From contig OZ024748.1 of NCBI GenBank assembly GCA_964016885.1, positions 35,898,001 to 35,962,000 of the forward strand: a stretch of DNA of 64,000 nucleotides, read 5' to 3'. The translations under genes and the position numbers were made by a program. Under the pieces are notes generated by a model. The model was given only the letters and a program-made list of their open reading frames with translations. It searched no databases and was not told the DNA's origin. Of the stretch, positions 43,459 through 58,049 are shown piece by piece. Position 1 is the stretch's first letter. Each line of letters starts with the position of its first letter. This stretch comes from Eledone cirrhosa. Lineage: Eukaryota.

Positions 43459-44437
43459 ACCGAGTGTGCCCAGGCGCTCACGGCTCTCTGGCAGGCGGAC
43501 CCGGCTGTCAGTGGAGAATCCACCTCGTCATTCTATAGAGGGCTGGTGGTTAGCAGGTGCGACGACGCCCTCGGAGAAGCCCTAGGCACGGAGGAAGACG
43601 AACTGGCCAACCTGTTCGGTAGGACATTCAGCCCGGGACCCATGGATAACTTCCAGAGGTCCCTGGCCTGGCAATGCTACAGAAGGGCTCTGCCCGTTCG
43701 AGAAAGGCTCTACAGACACGGGCGCCCGGGTAGGGCCTCCTCAAAAAAGATCTGTCCCAGATGCGTGTGCGACGAGGAAACTGTTGCACACGCATTGGTA
43801 CACTGCTCGGGCATTGCCGATCTGTGGGGCTATGTCGAACAACTGCTGTCAAGGGTGGGACCGATCCGGTTGACCACCGAGTCTATTGTAACGATCAAGC
43901 CGCCTCCCCTCTTCAAAAACGAAGGAGAGGCGGTGTTTCTGTGCGTAATAGCCATGGCGAAAGAGGTTGTATGGTGGAGGCGTCTGAAAGGACTGAGGTC
44001 AGACACCTTTCTCTCTGGCCAACAACTGGTCCGTTTCTTCCGATATCATTTCGGAAGAAGGATCAGGATGGAGAGAGAGGTGCTGCACCCCAGCCGTTTT
44101 TATGAAAGATGGGTGAAAGTGGCGAGAATGGCCCGTGTGAATAGGCCTTCACTCTACATAAGACTATAGGTGAGGAAGATGAAAGACCAAGGGAGCACCC
44201 CTTCTCTGTGCTCCTGAGGAAAAGGTTTGCACACTTTTTTTCGGGGATGTGTGCGAACCCCCCAAGGTGCCTCCTCTCTATTGAGGACTTTGTTATAAAT
44301 TTTATTTTTTGTTATATTTTATTTTATTTTTATATATTGTTATTGCCTCCTCCTTATTGAGGACGCCTTGTTTTGTAAACTCCCCCCATTGTACTTGTCC
44401 CACTTTTGATGCCCTGGTGGCAAATAAAAGAAACATA
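43458..44437 (+). mobile_element. 5'-truncated L1/Tx1-clade copy inserted in (TCTA)n
   Basis: ORF 43546-44169 is the ORF2 C-terminus; (TCTA)n on both sides. Confidence 0.95.
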
Positions 44438-44927
44438 TCTATCTATCTAGTCATCCATTCATATACATAGATATAATTATGTAGATAAATAAATAAATAA
44501 ATACATAGCGCTAGATAATTAGATCTTTTTTGTATGCTTACATAGTTCAGTTGCTCTGTTTTTCTCAGTTAATTAGTATATCAGGCAAATAAGTGTATAG
44601 CACGAAAACCTTGATAGCGCTACTTGATCATGGCTGCTAAAAATTCTGCTATCAGAATAGCACGGTTATTCTGGACAAAATGGCCGACACTTATATGGTG
44701 GAGGGTTGGGTAATTTGAAAAGCTCTTATAATCCTATTAACTTCGGCCTTTGCTGGTAATTCCTTATCGAAGATTTCATGTGAATGGGGATAGAGTACAA
44801 TCGTAATATGAATTCATGTGGAAAGTTTCATGAACCATTTAAGAAACAAAGACAACGATTTTCATCGTCGGCTTTCATCCATTTTACATAACTTCACGTT
44901 AAACAGAAAAATAGATAGATAGATAGA

Positions 44928-44958
44928 TATGTTTCTTTATTAGCGACAGGGCCACAAT
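44928..44958 (-). mobile_element. ~30-bp extreme 3' remnant of the Tx1-like family inside (GATA)n
   Basis: Reverse complement tgtggccctgtcgctaataaagaaacat matches the end of the 16018-16378 fragment. Confidence 0.75.
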
Positions 44959-44983
44959 AGATAGATATAGATATATAGATAGG

Positions 44984-45059
<76 letters not shown>

Positions 45060-45296
45060 GCAGTAAAGGGAAAATGAATAAAAACGGACAAAAACGAAGA
45101 AGAAAGACAATAATTATGTTTAAATAACATTCCAGTTGTATCGTATGCAGCTTTGTTGGTTTGTGGTCCAAGCCAATACAATTTGTAAGGGACGCCGTGT
45201 TATCTTAAGAATCACGTAGAAGGAAGGCTTGAGGAAGGACAATGTTTTAAATACGTGAGACGTGTTTCGTGTTTTTATAAATGGATGAAATATATA

Positions 45297-45358
<62 letters not shown>

Positions 45359-45872
45359 TGTGTGTGTGTAGATGGTCATAGAGATGTTATGTGTATGTCA
45401 TCACATGTGTTATATTTATGTATGTTTATATAAAATAATGTTTGTATAGATATTTCGATATCCTTCGGTATAGATGTACGCACACACACAGATACACACA
45501 CATGCGCATACACACACACACACACAGATACACACACACAGATACATACACACAGATACACACACACACACACACACACACAGATACACACACTCACACA
45601 TACATACACACACACATACATGCGCACACACATACACACACTCACACATACACACACACACATGCTGACATACATAAATACATATAAATAAATGAATATA
45701 AATATATTGTTATATTTTGGGAGGGTCATATTGTTATAATATTGCCAGAAATAATAAAAGAACACACTCACTGTTTGGTTTTGGTCAATATTACAACAAT
45801 ATGACTCTCCCCAAATATAACAATATTTGTTTCAACACACGATTTCATATCAAAAACCTTGCAAAATACACA

Positions 45873-45908
<36 letters not shown>

Positions 45909-46123
45909 GTATATGTATGTGTATATGTATATAGTGAATATCATTTCACACCTTTTATTGTTAAGATTTTTGATGTTCTATTAAGAGAACCGATTTTACT
46001 GAAAAAATCGAATAATGTACACCATTTTACCAGGGGGAAAAAAATACTGGTCCCCCCCCCCCACACACACACATATATATACACACACACATACACACGC
46101 GTACATTAACATACAAAGAGACT

Positions 46124-46166
<43 letters not shown>

Positions 46167-46280
46167 ATCTTAATAGCCATTTGACACACATCCCTGCTAA
46201 CCACTATCACAACATCGAACACCTTACTACTACTACACACACACACACACATATTTGTTGTGAAAGAGTCATTTCTCAAT

Positions 46281-46525
46281 CTTGGCGCAAAACCAATTTT
46301 TTATTCACATGACCTCTACCGACCAATCAAAATTGTTTTGACCACAAGAATTTTTGCAAACACCAAGTAGCGCTGGAGCCACTTTTTTAACATAAAAACA
46401 GTCTTGGCGCAAAATCAATTTTTTACATTCACATGACCTCTACCGACCAATCAAAATTGTTTTGACCACAAGAATTTTTGCAACACCAAAGTAACGCTGG
46501 AGCCACTCTTTTAACATAAAAACAG
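46281..46525. repeat. ~122-bp tandem duplication
   Basis: cttggcgcaaaa...ttaacataaaaacag occurs twice. Confidence 0.9.
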
Positions 46526-46741
46526 GTAGAATTCCCAAAACTAATCAGATCAGAGCAAACAGCACGGACACTCTATCTCAAAATTATTTTTGAAAAGCAT
46601 TTAGAAATGCGCAACCGGTAAAAACTTAAAAACTTAAAACCACAACTGAATACTAACCCATACAATCACTAATACTCTTTTATTCCTAATTAAACCATTT
46701 TTCAACTGTGAACAATTTGTCAGCATTTTCTATTCCGTTTA

Positions 46742-46794
<53 letters not shown>

Positions 46795-46829
46795 GAATAT
46801 ATATATATATAAATATATATATATAAAGA

Positions 46830-48408
46830 CCAGAAATTGGACTTTACTAATCGACCTAGTTGTAGACTGATTAACCCGGCTAAATCCGAAGTTGGCCTTG
46901 CAAGTAAAAAGAATCTTAAGAAAAATAATTCTCCAAATTAGAACTAACACTGACCTATCACAGTGGCTAAATACTTCCTCTGTTATTTCTTGGTTCAATA
47001 ATATACAAGGTAAAAATAAGTGTAGATTTACCCAATTTGATATTCTTGATTTTTACCCCTCTATTACTGTTTCCTTATTAACTAATCCATTAGATTTTGC
47101 AAGACCCTTCATTAATATTTCTAAATTAGAAGAAGACATTATCTTTCATGCTAGAAAAACTTTACTCTTTACTAATGAAAATATTTGGGTTAAAAAGTCA
47201 AACCCTGAAAACTCTTTTGATGTTGCAATTGGTTCATATGACAGTGCGGATGTGTGTGACTTAGTAGGATTATTCCTTCTCCACACCCTTAAAGAGAAAT
47301 TTCCTTCCCATACTATCGGTTTATACCGTGATGACGGATTGACAGTTTCTCATACCACCAACGGCCATAACCTTGAATAAATTCCGTAAAGACTTAATCA
47401 ATACTTTTGCTAATCTTAACTTTAAAATCACTATAGAAACGAACCTTACCAATGCTAACTTTCTTGATCTACTTACCGCCTCTTTTAAACCTTATCATTA
47501 ACCTAATGAAAATCTTAGGTATATACACAAAGAGTCTTGCCATTCCCCTATAGTTTTTAATAATCTTATTCCTAACATTAGCCGTAGGATTTCTACCTTA
47601 TCTTCGTCTATAGACATTTTTAATAGCCGCCCCTTATTATAATAAAGCCCTTAAGAACAGCGTTTTTACAGAAAACATTTTTTATTTACCTACCCCCCCC
47701 CCCCCTAAAACTAGCCACAATAACAGGAAAAGGAAAATTATTTGGTTCACACCCCCCTTCTCTCTAACTGTCAAAACTAATGTAGGAAGGAAATTCCTTG
47801 AACTCTTAGATAAACATTTTCCTCTTAATCATTGATATAAGATATTTAATAGGAACGTAGTTAAGATCAGTTACTCTTGTTGCTCATCTATGAAGTCCAA
47901 GATCACTAGTTCAAATGATACGAGAACAAATCCAGGATGCAGTTGCAGGAAGCCGGATGAATACCAATTGCAGGGCAAATGTAACACCAAATCTGTTGTT
48001 TATGAGGCTAAAATAACACCGTTAATCAACAACCAGCCAGCCAGGAGTGAGCGATATGTCGCCATGACCCAGGAGAGGTTTAAAACCAGATTTTACTCAC
48101 ATGTCGCTTCTTTTAAGCACTCCGATAAACGAGCAACAACGGCCCTCGCAAGTAAGGTGTGGGAATTCAAGGATAATAACATCCCGTACTCTATCGATTG
48201 GTCTATTTTAGACCATTCGAGGGAGTACCAAAGGGGCACAAAGAATTGTTCTTTGTGTACCACAGAAAAATATAGGATTTTGTTAAACTTGAGAGCCACT
48301 TCTGCTTGCCTGAATTCAAAGACCGAGATCTTTAGATGTTGTTCTCATCTGAAATCACATCTGATCTGTAACTGGATTGACATTCCTGTGATAACTCAAC
48401 CGCCTTGA
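46830..48408 (+). pseudogene. Penelope-like element (Naiad-type) RT + GIY-YIG, disrupted
   Basis: FTQFDILDFYPSI, FDVAIGSYDSADVCDLVGLF, YRDDGL, RKIIWFTPPFS, CSCRKP..GKCNTKSVVYEA, RYVAMTQERFKTRF; several stops and frameshifts. Confidence 0.9.
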
Positions 48409-48642
48409 ACTCCTTCCCTGCTCTTTACTTCTACTACGGTTTTTTTACCTGCTGAATCCACGTTCTGTACTCTCTTTCTCCCTTATCTCCCCTTATATTT
48501 AACCTTTTCCTATGTCTTTTCCCCCCCCTAAATTTTTTTTGCCTTACCCTTCACATACCAAAATGTATGTGTATGTATGTGTATGTGTATATATATATAT
48601 ATATAGAAAGATTTGAATGGATACAGTTTAGTTGAAAGGAAT

Positions 48643-48759
48643 TTATTGACACGTGTTTCTATAACAGTTACATAACCTAAAACAGCTATCTACAAACTTT
48701 TAGTTATGCAGACATTCAATATTTCAATGTTATTATTTACTGTCATTTCATCAGAATAA
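48643..48759 (-). ncRNA. Type I hammerhead with long stem II and canonical GUC site
   Basis: ttatt-CTGATGA-a-atgacagt...actgttat-a-GAAAC-acgt-GTC-aataa; palindromic stem III acacgtgt. Confidence 0.85.
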
Positions 48760-48934
48760 TATTACTGAGGACCTATTTAGTTTTTATAGAGAATATTAGG
48801 AGGGAGGGGTGAAGTTGTTAGAAGAATAGTTGAAGGAGTGGTTTTTCGATAGCAGTGAGAATTCTTGGTGGCAGTGAGTAATTAGATTCCCATCTGTTGT
48901 TTTGACATTTTTTATATTACAACACAACGGAAAA

Positions 48935-49014
<80 letters not shown>

Positions 49015-49044
49015 ATATGTATATATATGGATAGACCAGGATTT

Positions 49045-49104
49045 TTTCATTCTGATGATTGAATGAAAAATTTTTTGCTCTTAAGAAACCACTGGTAAAT
49101 GGAA
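49045..49104 (+). ncRNA. Type I hammerhead in left direct repeat (49031-49135)
   Basis: tttcatt-CTGATGA-ttgaa..cttaa-GAAAC-cactg-GTA-aatggaa; stem II partly decayed. Confidence 0.78.
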
Positions 49105-49200
49105 TAATTGCTTTATGTTGTTTATTACATGACTATGTATATATATATGTATATTTTAGAGTTAAATAAGGTTCATATGAATTATCTAAGATTGAGTTTT

Positions 49201-49240
<40 letters not shown>

Positions 49241-49310
49241 TTGTATTTGGTTGTGCGTGTTTGTGATATGTACGTATTTGTATGTGTATAATTGTATGGC
49301 TATGTATGTA

Positions 49311-49420
<110 letters not shown>

Positions 49421-49772
49421 ATGTATATGTGTGTGTATATGTGTATATGTGTGCGTGTGTGTTTGTGTATGTATTTGTGTATGCGTATGTACGTGTGAGA
49501 GTGTGTGTAAGTATTTATTTTTACGTATGTATGTGTACGTGCATTTGTGTGTATTGCTTACCACGTGTGTTTGTTCATTTATTTGTGGCCTGTATCAGTG
49601 TCAACTTATAACAGTCTTTATTTTCGTTTATTATTTTATATATATTTTTTCTTATATTTATTTGCGTGTGTGAATATGTAGAGGTGTGTGTATATTTTTC
49701 TAATTTTGTGCATGCATATGTATACATTTATGTATGTGTATGTATGTACGTGTGTATATAGGTATGATTGTG

Positions 49773-49804
<32 letters not shown>

Positions 49805-49872
49805 TGTATGTATGTATGTATGTATGTATGTATGTATGTGTATGTGTGTATGGCTATGTATGTGTATGTGTA

Positions 49873-49925
<53 letters not shown>

Positions 49926-50305
49926 CTATTTCTATATATATATGTGTGTATATATGTGTGTGTGGTTGTATATAGGTATGTGTATGTATGGATATGTTGA
50001 TACTTATGTGTGTATGTACGTATGTGTATATGTATGTGTATGTGTGTGTATATATATACACACATATACACATATATACATATATATACACACATATATA
50101 TGTATATATGTGTATATGTGTGTGTGTATGTATGAGTGTATGTATATATATATATGTGTGTATGTATATAATTGTGTGTGTGTGTGTGTGTTTGCATGTG
50201 TGTTTTATTTTATTTTATTTTTTTTCCTTTCCTTCTCCAGCCTCACTTTCATATAGATTGCATTTTTGTTTTTAGAATCCAATATCAATAAATAGACCAG
50301 GAATT

Positions 50306-50365
50306 TTTCATTCTGATGATTGAAAGCAACATTTTTTGCTTTTAAGAAACCACTGGTAAATGGAA
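50306..50365 (+). ncRNA. Type I hammerhead in right direct repeat (50292-50396)
   Basis: 7-bp stem I, CTGATGA 50313, 10-bp stem II ttgaaagcaa/ttgcttttaa, GAAAC 50346, GTA 50356-50358. Confidence 0.92.
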
Positions 50366-50390
50366 TAATTGCCTTATGTTGTATATTACA

Positions 50391-50930
<540 letters not shown>

Positions 50931-50959
50931 CTATCTATCTATCTATCTATATCTATATC

Positions 50960-50990
<31 letters not shown>

Positions 50991-50991
<1 letters not shown>

Positions 50992-51420
50992 CTAAAAGAG
51001 GTACCCGGCGTTGCTCGAGTATTAAATACCAGTTATGTATTCCATTTATGTCAATACTTCTGTGCTGCTTCGAAAACTATACTTTTACAAAATTATCAGC
51101 TTTTTCCAAAAGGGGGTTCCTGCCCCCAGGGGTCCCCTACTCAATATGTGCAAATTCTGAGAGTTCTCATTTATCTGTAGAACAAACGTAGCCCATGTGT
51201 CAAGTTTTGTGAAAATCGGTTACGAACTCCAGAAGTTATGACGTTTTGTTGCATTGCACTGCTTCCAAGAAAGCGGTTAAAGGGGCTTATCTGCCGGCAG
51301 GCCCTATAATCAATATCTGGAAAAATGAAAGTGTCCATGACCATCCGGAGTACATAAGTAACCTATGTCTTAAGTTTAGTGAAAATGCTGTAGAAATGCA
51401 TAAGGTTTACACACACACGC
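50991..51420 (-). mobile_element. Degenerate non-autonomous Helitron-like element
   Basis: Terminal acccggcgttg tract shared with the 35500 element; gtcaagttttgtgaaaatcgg motif. Confidence 0.5.
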
Positions 51421-51614
51421 GCGCGCGCGTTTGTGTGTGTGTTTGTGTGTGCCTATGTATATGTATGTGTATGTCCGTCGGCGCATACGTATGTACTGGC
51501 CTAAATCTTCACTATTTACTTTTACTATTTTAATAACCTCTGTCATTTTCGTTTACAATTTTATTTACATCATTCTTAAACTCCGGGGCTGGAAATCCTT
51601 CGGTTATTTTAAAT

Positions 51615-53010
51615 AGAACCCTCGGGTCACCGCTCCACCATCAGGTCCAGGCTTCAACAGCTCCAGACTCTCATGAGCTGATTGGGCTTTATTGACGGCC
51701 ACCCAGCTCTCTTTCTGCTGAGGAACTGATTCGCCATGCCGAAGCTCCTCTATACACTCCGCAGCGCTCCATGCTACACCCAGACATCTCTCCTCCCTGA
51801 CCTCGATACTTGTATCCGAGCAGCAGCCGAGGGGATATGCAACGTCAAGTTTGACGACATAGGGTGGCAACAGGCCACTTTACCGGTCAGGTATGGCGGC
51901 CTTCGCCTCCGGTCCCCTATCTCACTAGCTTTGCCGGCGTATCTTTCGTCGGTAACCTCGTGCCGCGTCCTCGTCAGCGGGGTTCTTCAAAACAAAACAG
52001 AACCCTCTGTGTTCAGAGAACGTGAGGCCGCCTGTGAGACGTGGGACCGGCTGGGACTTAGCCCAGTAGACGTCCCTCCTCCTTCTCCCCCTGTTGACGT
52101 CAAGTCCCCCCCCCCCCAACGCACTTTGGATGCCATCCAGTGCAGCCTGGCCTCAACAGGATCACGCGCCAGCTCGACCAGCACCGCCTTGCTTGTTTTC
52201 GTGCGGCCTCCAAACTCCACAGTGGTGCCTGGCTCCATGCCCTGCCCTCCCCCTCCACTGGCACGCAGCTAGACAACCATAGCCTGCGAATCGGCGTTTC
52301 CCTGAGGCTCGGCCTCCGGATATGCCAGCCACACCAATGTCGCTGCGGTTCTACCGTGGACTCTTTCGGCCTCCACCCGCTTTCCTGTCGCCACAGTGCC
52401 GGCCGCATTCCACGCCGTGCTGCCCTCAACGAGGTCATTAAGCATGGCTTGGACGCTGCAGGCTTCCCTTCCCACCTCGAGCCGGTGGGGCTGGATCGAG
52501 CAGACGGCAAAAGGCCAGATGGCATGACCATCTTCCCCTTCCGCGGTGGAAAACCCCTCGTCTAGGATGCCACTTGCACTGACACTTTCTTCAGCCGCAA
52601 CCTGGTGCAGTCTGCGACTGACCCAGGTTCTGCTGCACGTCGAGCTGAGGGAGCCAAACTCCTCAAATAACGGTCGCTCTCCGACAGGTTTGCGGTCGTT
52701 CCCCTGGCAGTGGAGACTTCTGGTGTCCTCGGCCCCAGGGCTACCTCCTTACTCACCACCATAGGCGCTGAGCTAGCCAGCCGCAGGTGTGAGCCCCGCG
52801 AGTTGGAGTGGCTTTTCCAGCGCGTCTCCCTTGCCGTCCTCCGGGGAAACGCCTTCTCCATTCTGTCCGCCGGGGCTGTGGGTGGGCCCCATCGCGCACC
52901 AATACATTAGTTAAATACCATTCTTTCATCTGATATATCCCTATATAGTATTTGTATTTATATAACAAATTAAAACCTTAAAAAAACAACAAAAAAAAAC
53001 AATACAACAA
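51615..53010 (+). mobile_element. CRE-like non-LTR retrotransposon 3' part with restriction-like endonuclease (pseudogene)
   Basis: WQQATLPVRYGGL; SGAWLHALP; [14 protein letters not shown] zinc motif; KRPDG..GKPLV*DATC; VPLAVETSG; A-rich tail ~52980-53010. Confidence 0.85.
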
Positions 53011-53360
53011 TATTTGCCGTCTAACGACTCCATTTACACCATGAACTTGATCTTATCTTTGCATGAAATTGTTCTTCTCGGTCCACATAACGACGTATTA
53101 TCCTCGCTTGTTTTCTGTTCATTGCCAGGGAACGTCTTCACGAACCAAAATATGGTCTTCCTGTTTTCCTACGGTTGCAATGTTTCTCGAAATATTTACT
53201 TCTGCGTTCACAGATTGAATTTTTTAGTTTCAGAAGATCCCGTTAATGTTGAAAGCAGAGTTTCTTTGCTTAAACTTTAATCTGTTATTTTAATCTATAT
53301 ATGTATATATATAAAACTGAGGAAGGATGTATGTATGTGTGTATGTGTGTGTGTGTGTGT

Positions 53361-53414
<54 letters not shown>

Positions 53415-53444
53415 TTCTTTGCTTAAACTTTAATCTGTTCTTAT

Positions 53445-53517
<73 letters not shown>

Positions 53518-53569
53518 CGAGAGAGAGATGCGTCTATTGTGTGTGTGTGAGTGCGGACATAAATATATA

Positions 53570-54295
53570 CTAGCTGACGTACCCAGCTTCGCCCGGGTAA
53601 ACAGATGATAAGAGAAGACAGGTAAAATAGAAAATGACTGTATTGGATGTTTGTCTGGTTACAGTATGAGGCGAATCCGTGGTGTCTGTGTGATACAAAA
53701 AACAGTAAAAAAAATCTTCCAGATATACCAGATTCTTCGTTGTACGGTTTGTGCATAGTATATGAACAATTCTAGGTGCTCCCACCCAGAATAGTGACCT
53801 CTAGGAGATGGTTCATCTTCTGCCTGACTGTAAAACGTGTATCATTGCATAGACGTGGTTGTTCCAAGTTTCTCAAAAGGATGATGGAAGTTCCAATCTT
53901 TTATATTATATGTAGATATAGATATAGATAATTAATATAAAAGATGATGCTCAGCCAGTTCGTCTTCAACCATCGCAGAACGACGTCGCTGTTTGTTTCC
54001 AGTGTTTCGTTGGCGTTGTTCAGTCAGCTCCTCTTCATTCATGGCGGCACGTCTTCGCCGCTGCAGTTCACTCTTTGATAAAGTCGAATTGCTTTTACTT
54101 TCTGTGGAACGGGTTCGACGGAGAACGATAAGACCTCTTTAACAACAGAAAATTGAAAAATAAAAGCTGCAGTTAGTATCTTTAGACCGCAAGGAATATA
54201 TAAATGCAAGTTTGAGTCAATCGGAGTAGAAATGTGGATTTGTATAGACTTTGCACAAATGAGGACACACATACAACATCAGTTTTATATAAATA
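53570..54295 (-). mobile_element. Non-autonomous Helitron
   Basis: Minus-strand 3' end cccgggcgaagctgggtacgtcagCTAG(t); 5' part tatataaaactgatgttgtatgtgtgtc resembles the other Helitron heads. Confidence 0.7.
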
Positions 54296-54301
54296 TATAT
54301 A

Positions 54302-54375
<74 letters not shown>

Positions 54376-54377
54376 AG

Positions 54378-54467
54378 TTTTAATATAGATGAGATTCTAC
54401 AGGACTAGAACTGTTTCATTCTTCAGAAATCATCAGGAATCTGGGTATAAAAAATGTGTATTTGTAA

Positions 54468-54537
<70 letters not shown>

Positions 54538-55286
54538 TGCTCGCACCAACCTGAGGTATATGGTCTTTAAAGCGATGAAATGCCTATGACGGTTGGAAGG
54601 CCACTGATGAAGGACAAACTTTTTCATATGTAACCCATTTGCAACGCCGCAGCTCCATTATTATCATATTTACACATATATTATTACCTCTGCTGCTACC
54701 CGTCTGTTTCGTTCTTTGTATCTTTACCCTTTCTAACAGTCTCTCTTTCTCTCTGTTAGCCTCTTCCTCACCTTTCACTCACTCATTCTCTGTCACTACC
54801 TCTTCTCCTCCCCTTTCTTCCGGTTTGACCTGTCCGTAATTCTTTTCTCGCGCGTTCTTGGCCAAGCCGGTATGAATTTTTTTTCTCTCTCTCTCTTTCG
54901 TCTGCGACTTCACAGAACTTATGTTTACCGAATTCGCTAGACCAGACCCCTTCTTCCTCCCGTTAGACCTGTGCAAAATTCCTTCCTTACTCACATTTCA
55001 ACCAGGTTTGATGGTCTTTATTCTCTCGTTCACGATTTCACCGAATTTATATTCATAGAAATCTGGGACTTGTCTCTTTCTTCATCACTTTCTGTTGCTT
55101 AAACCATTTTGTTTGTTTACCCTAGCGTCCCCTTTATTTACGTGTCCCAATGACTTTTTTTAGCCGTTGCTCGCACCAACCTGAGGTATATGGTCTTTAA
55201 AGCGATGAAATGCCTATGACGGTTGGAAGGCCACTGATGAAGGACAAACTTTTTCATATATATATATATATATATATGTATATGTG

Positions 55287-55365
<79 letters not shown>

Positions 55366-55398
55366 ATATGTGTGTGTGCGTCTGCGTACGTGTGTATA

Positions 55399-55443
<45 letters not shown>

Positions 55444-55526
55444 TTGTATATATATGTGTATATGTATATGTGTGTGTGTGTGTATATATGTATATGTGTA
55501 TATATATATATATATGTATATGCATA

Positions 55527-55558
<32 letters not shown>

Positions 55559-55691
55559 AATATATATATATGTATATGTGTGTATGTGTATATGTATATA
55601 TATATGTGTGTATATATGTATGTGTGTATGTATGTATATGTATGTGTATATATATGTATGTGTGTGTGTATGTGTATGTGTATATATATGA

Positions 55692-55767
<76 letters not shown>

Positions 55768-55804
55768 GTATATATGTGTATATGTATGTGTATACTTATG
55801 TGTG

Positions 55805-55881
<77 letters not shown>

Positions 55882-55901
55882 GTGTATATGTATTTATATA
55901 T

Positions 55902-55948
<47 letters not shown>

Positions 55949-56485
55949 TGTATGTGTATGTGGGTGTGTCTATGGGTGCGCGCGAGTGTATGAGTGAGTG
56001 TGTTTTGTGAATGTGTCTGTTGATTTTGGCATATAGTTGAATAGTTTAAGAGACATTTGAAGACAATAGTAAGATATGCACTCAATATTTTGAATTTGTC
56101 TACAGAATTCTCTAAACCTTGTCACTTAGTAAAGAATTTAGCTTTTAAAGAATCTCCCTTTCCTTTAAATCTATCTACCATGACTGACCCCCACTGATTT
56201 TATAGACACCTGTTAGCTTAATAAGGATTGGCATGCCATCCTGAACCTGTTTATAGAAGTCTTTCTGCCTTTGTTACTCTAAAAATAAAAATAAACTATA
56301 GCTTTGTAGAATTAGCTTCTAATGAATTCTGTCAACCAATGACCTACACCATCCCACTCTCCACCCTCTCCTACCACTTGTAGAGACCTATATATACCAT
56401 AATTATTTTTTGATACCTAGATTCCTGATGATTTCTGAAGAATGAAACAGTTCAAGTCCTGTAGAATCTCATCTACATTAAAACT
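54378..56485. repeat. Inverted pair of ~75-bp hammerhead-core-bearing arms (54378-54455 / 56404-56485)
   Basis: CTGATGA-tttc tgaa gaat-GAAAC-a-GTT at 56425-56452 and its mirror at 54409-54436; no adjacent stem I seen. Confidence 0.7.
54537..55259. repeat. ~92-bp identical direct repeats flanking ~540 bp
   Basis: ttgctcgcaccaacctgagg...ctgatgaaggacaaactttttcatat at ~54537-54629 and ~55167-55259. Confidence 0.9.
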
Positions 56486-56551
56486 TTTATACTCTGCTAT
56501 GTATTGAGTACCTTACTTACTGTGGTTACCTCCGATTCAACCCGGAATAAC

Positions 56552-56593
<42 letters not shown>

Positions 56594-56595
<2 letters not shown>

Positions 56596-56965
56596 CGGCG
56601 ATGAATTCGTGTAGCGAGGTTTTTTATATGAAATCGCGTGGCGAAACAGATATTGTTATATTTGGGGAGGGTCATATTTGCGTAATATTGCCAGAATTAA
56701 TAACAGAACACACTCACTGTTTGGTTGGTTTTCGCTTCTCGCTGTCTTTTATATCTGCGATCTAACTTACTCGGTCCTCACTGTTGCCATTGACTGACCG
56801 GCGGTCAAAAATAATACAGATACAATATAGACACAAACACATATATATAGTTTACATAATTTACATAAATCTTTCGTTGCACATCTGCAACATCGTCAGT
56901 GGTGTTATATTCATTGTTCCTCCTGTTGTGTTGTATGTCTACGTCATTTTTTATTCAGACTGAAT
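56594..56965 (-). mobile_element. Solo inverted copy of the PLE pseudo-LTR from 25590-25905
   Basis: 56650-56960 is the reverse complement of 25590-25905; preceded by the same ~57-bp leader found at 24731. Confidence 0.85.
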
Positions 56966-57062
56966 AAAAAATTTATATTTTAATATAACCTAATGTTTGT
57001 TGAGTGAGATGGTTACCAGTCAGAGTTTAGCTTTAAACTATCTCTGTTATTATATTAAATTA

Positions 57063-57100
<38 letters not shown>

Positions 57101-57173
57101 TATATATGTATGAATATATATATATGAATATATATATATATATATAAGTTATTCCGGGTTGAATCGGAGGTAA

Positions 57174-57304
<131 letters not shown>

Positions 57305-57350
57305 CAATGATATTATATAAATGGAAACTATATTTATAAAACCATATTTA

Positions 57351-57410
57351 TTTTATTATATATATTTCAAGGGTACCAAGACAACATTAGTACGCTTTCA
57401 TCAGATAAAA
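57351..57410 (-). ncRNA. Type I hammerhead (family A)
   Basis: ttttat-CTGATGA-aagcgtactaa..ttggtaccctt-GAAA-tatatata-ataaaa. Confidence 0.83.
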
Positions 57411-58049
57411 TACAAACTTTGTTTTATAAATAGAGACATACCCATGAAAATCATACCTCATCGGTTGGAAATTCACTGGATAGTAGAAATATATTAGGGA
57501 TTATTCAAACTTATGTGTGAATATGCAAATGAATATGTAAATAATTGAAAAACAACCGTTTATTTAAACGACATTGGAGAAAGAGTGAGAGAAGATATAA
57601 GAGGAGAAAGATAAAAAAAATAGTACGAGAGAGAGAGAATAAATAAACAAGAGAGGATGAATAAAACTCATTAAATATTTACTCCAGTAAACTGTTGAGT
57701 GCTCTAAATCAGTTATAAACATTTATATTTGTCGGACTTGCAACAAATTAAATACCCCTTCTATTTATATATATATATATAGATAATTTTCTTTTTATTT
57801 GCCACCAGGGCATCAAAAAGTGGTACAAGTACAATGGGGGGAGTTTACAAAACAAGGCATCCTCAATAAGGAGGAGGAAATAACAAAATATAAAAATAAA
57901 ATAAAAAAAAATAGAATAAAATTTATAACAAAATCCTCAATAGAGAGGAGGCGCCTTGGGGGGTCGCACACACCCCCGAAAAAAAGTGTGCAACCCTTTT
58001 CCTCAGGAGCACAGAGAAGGGGGCTCCCTTGGTCTTTCATCTTCCTCAC

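Noticed and set aside
47830-47840. In-frame TGA in the Naiad-type PLE as selenocysteine
   Set aside because: The position does not look like a Cys site (H*YKIFNR) and the copy has other stops and frameshifts; no SECIS recognised.
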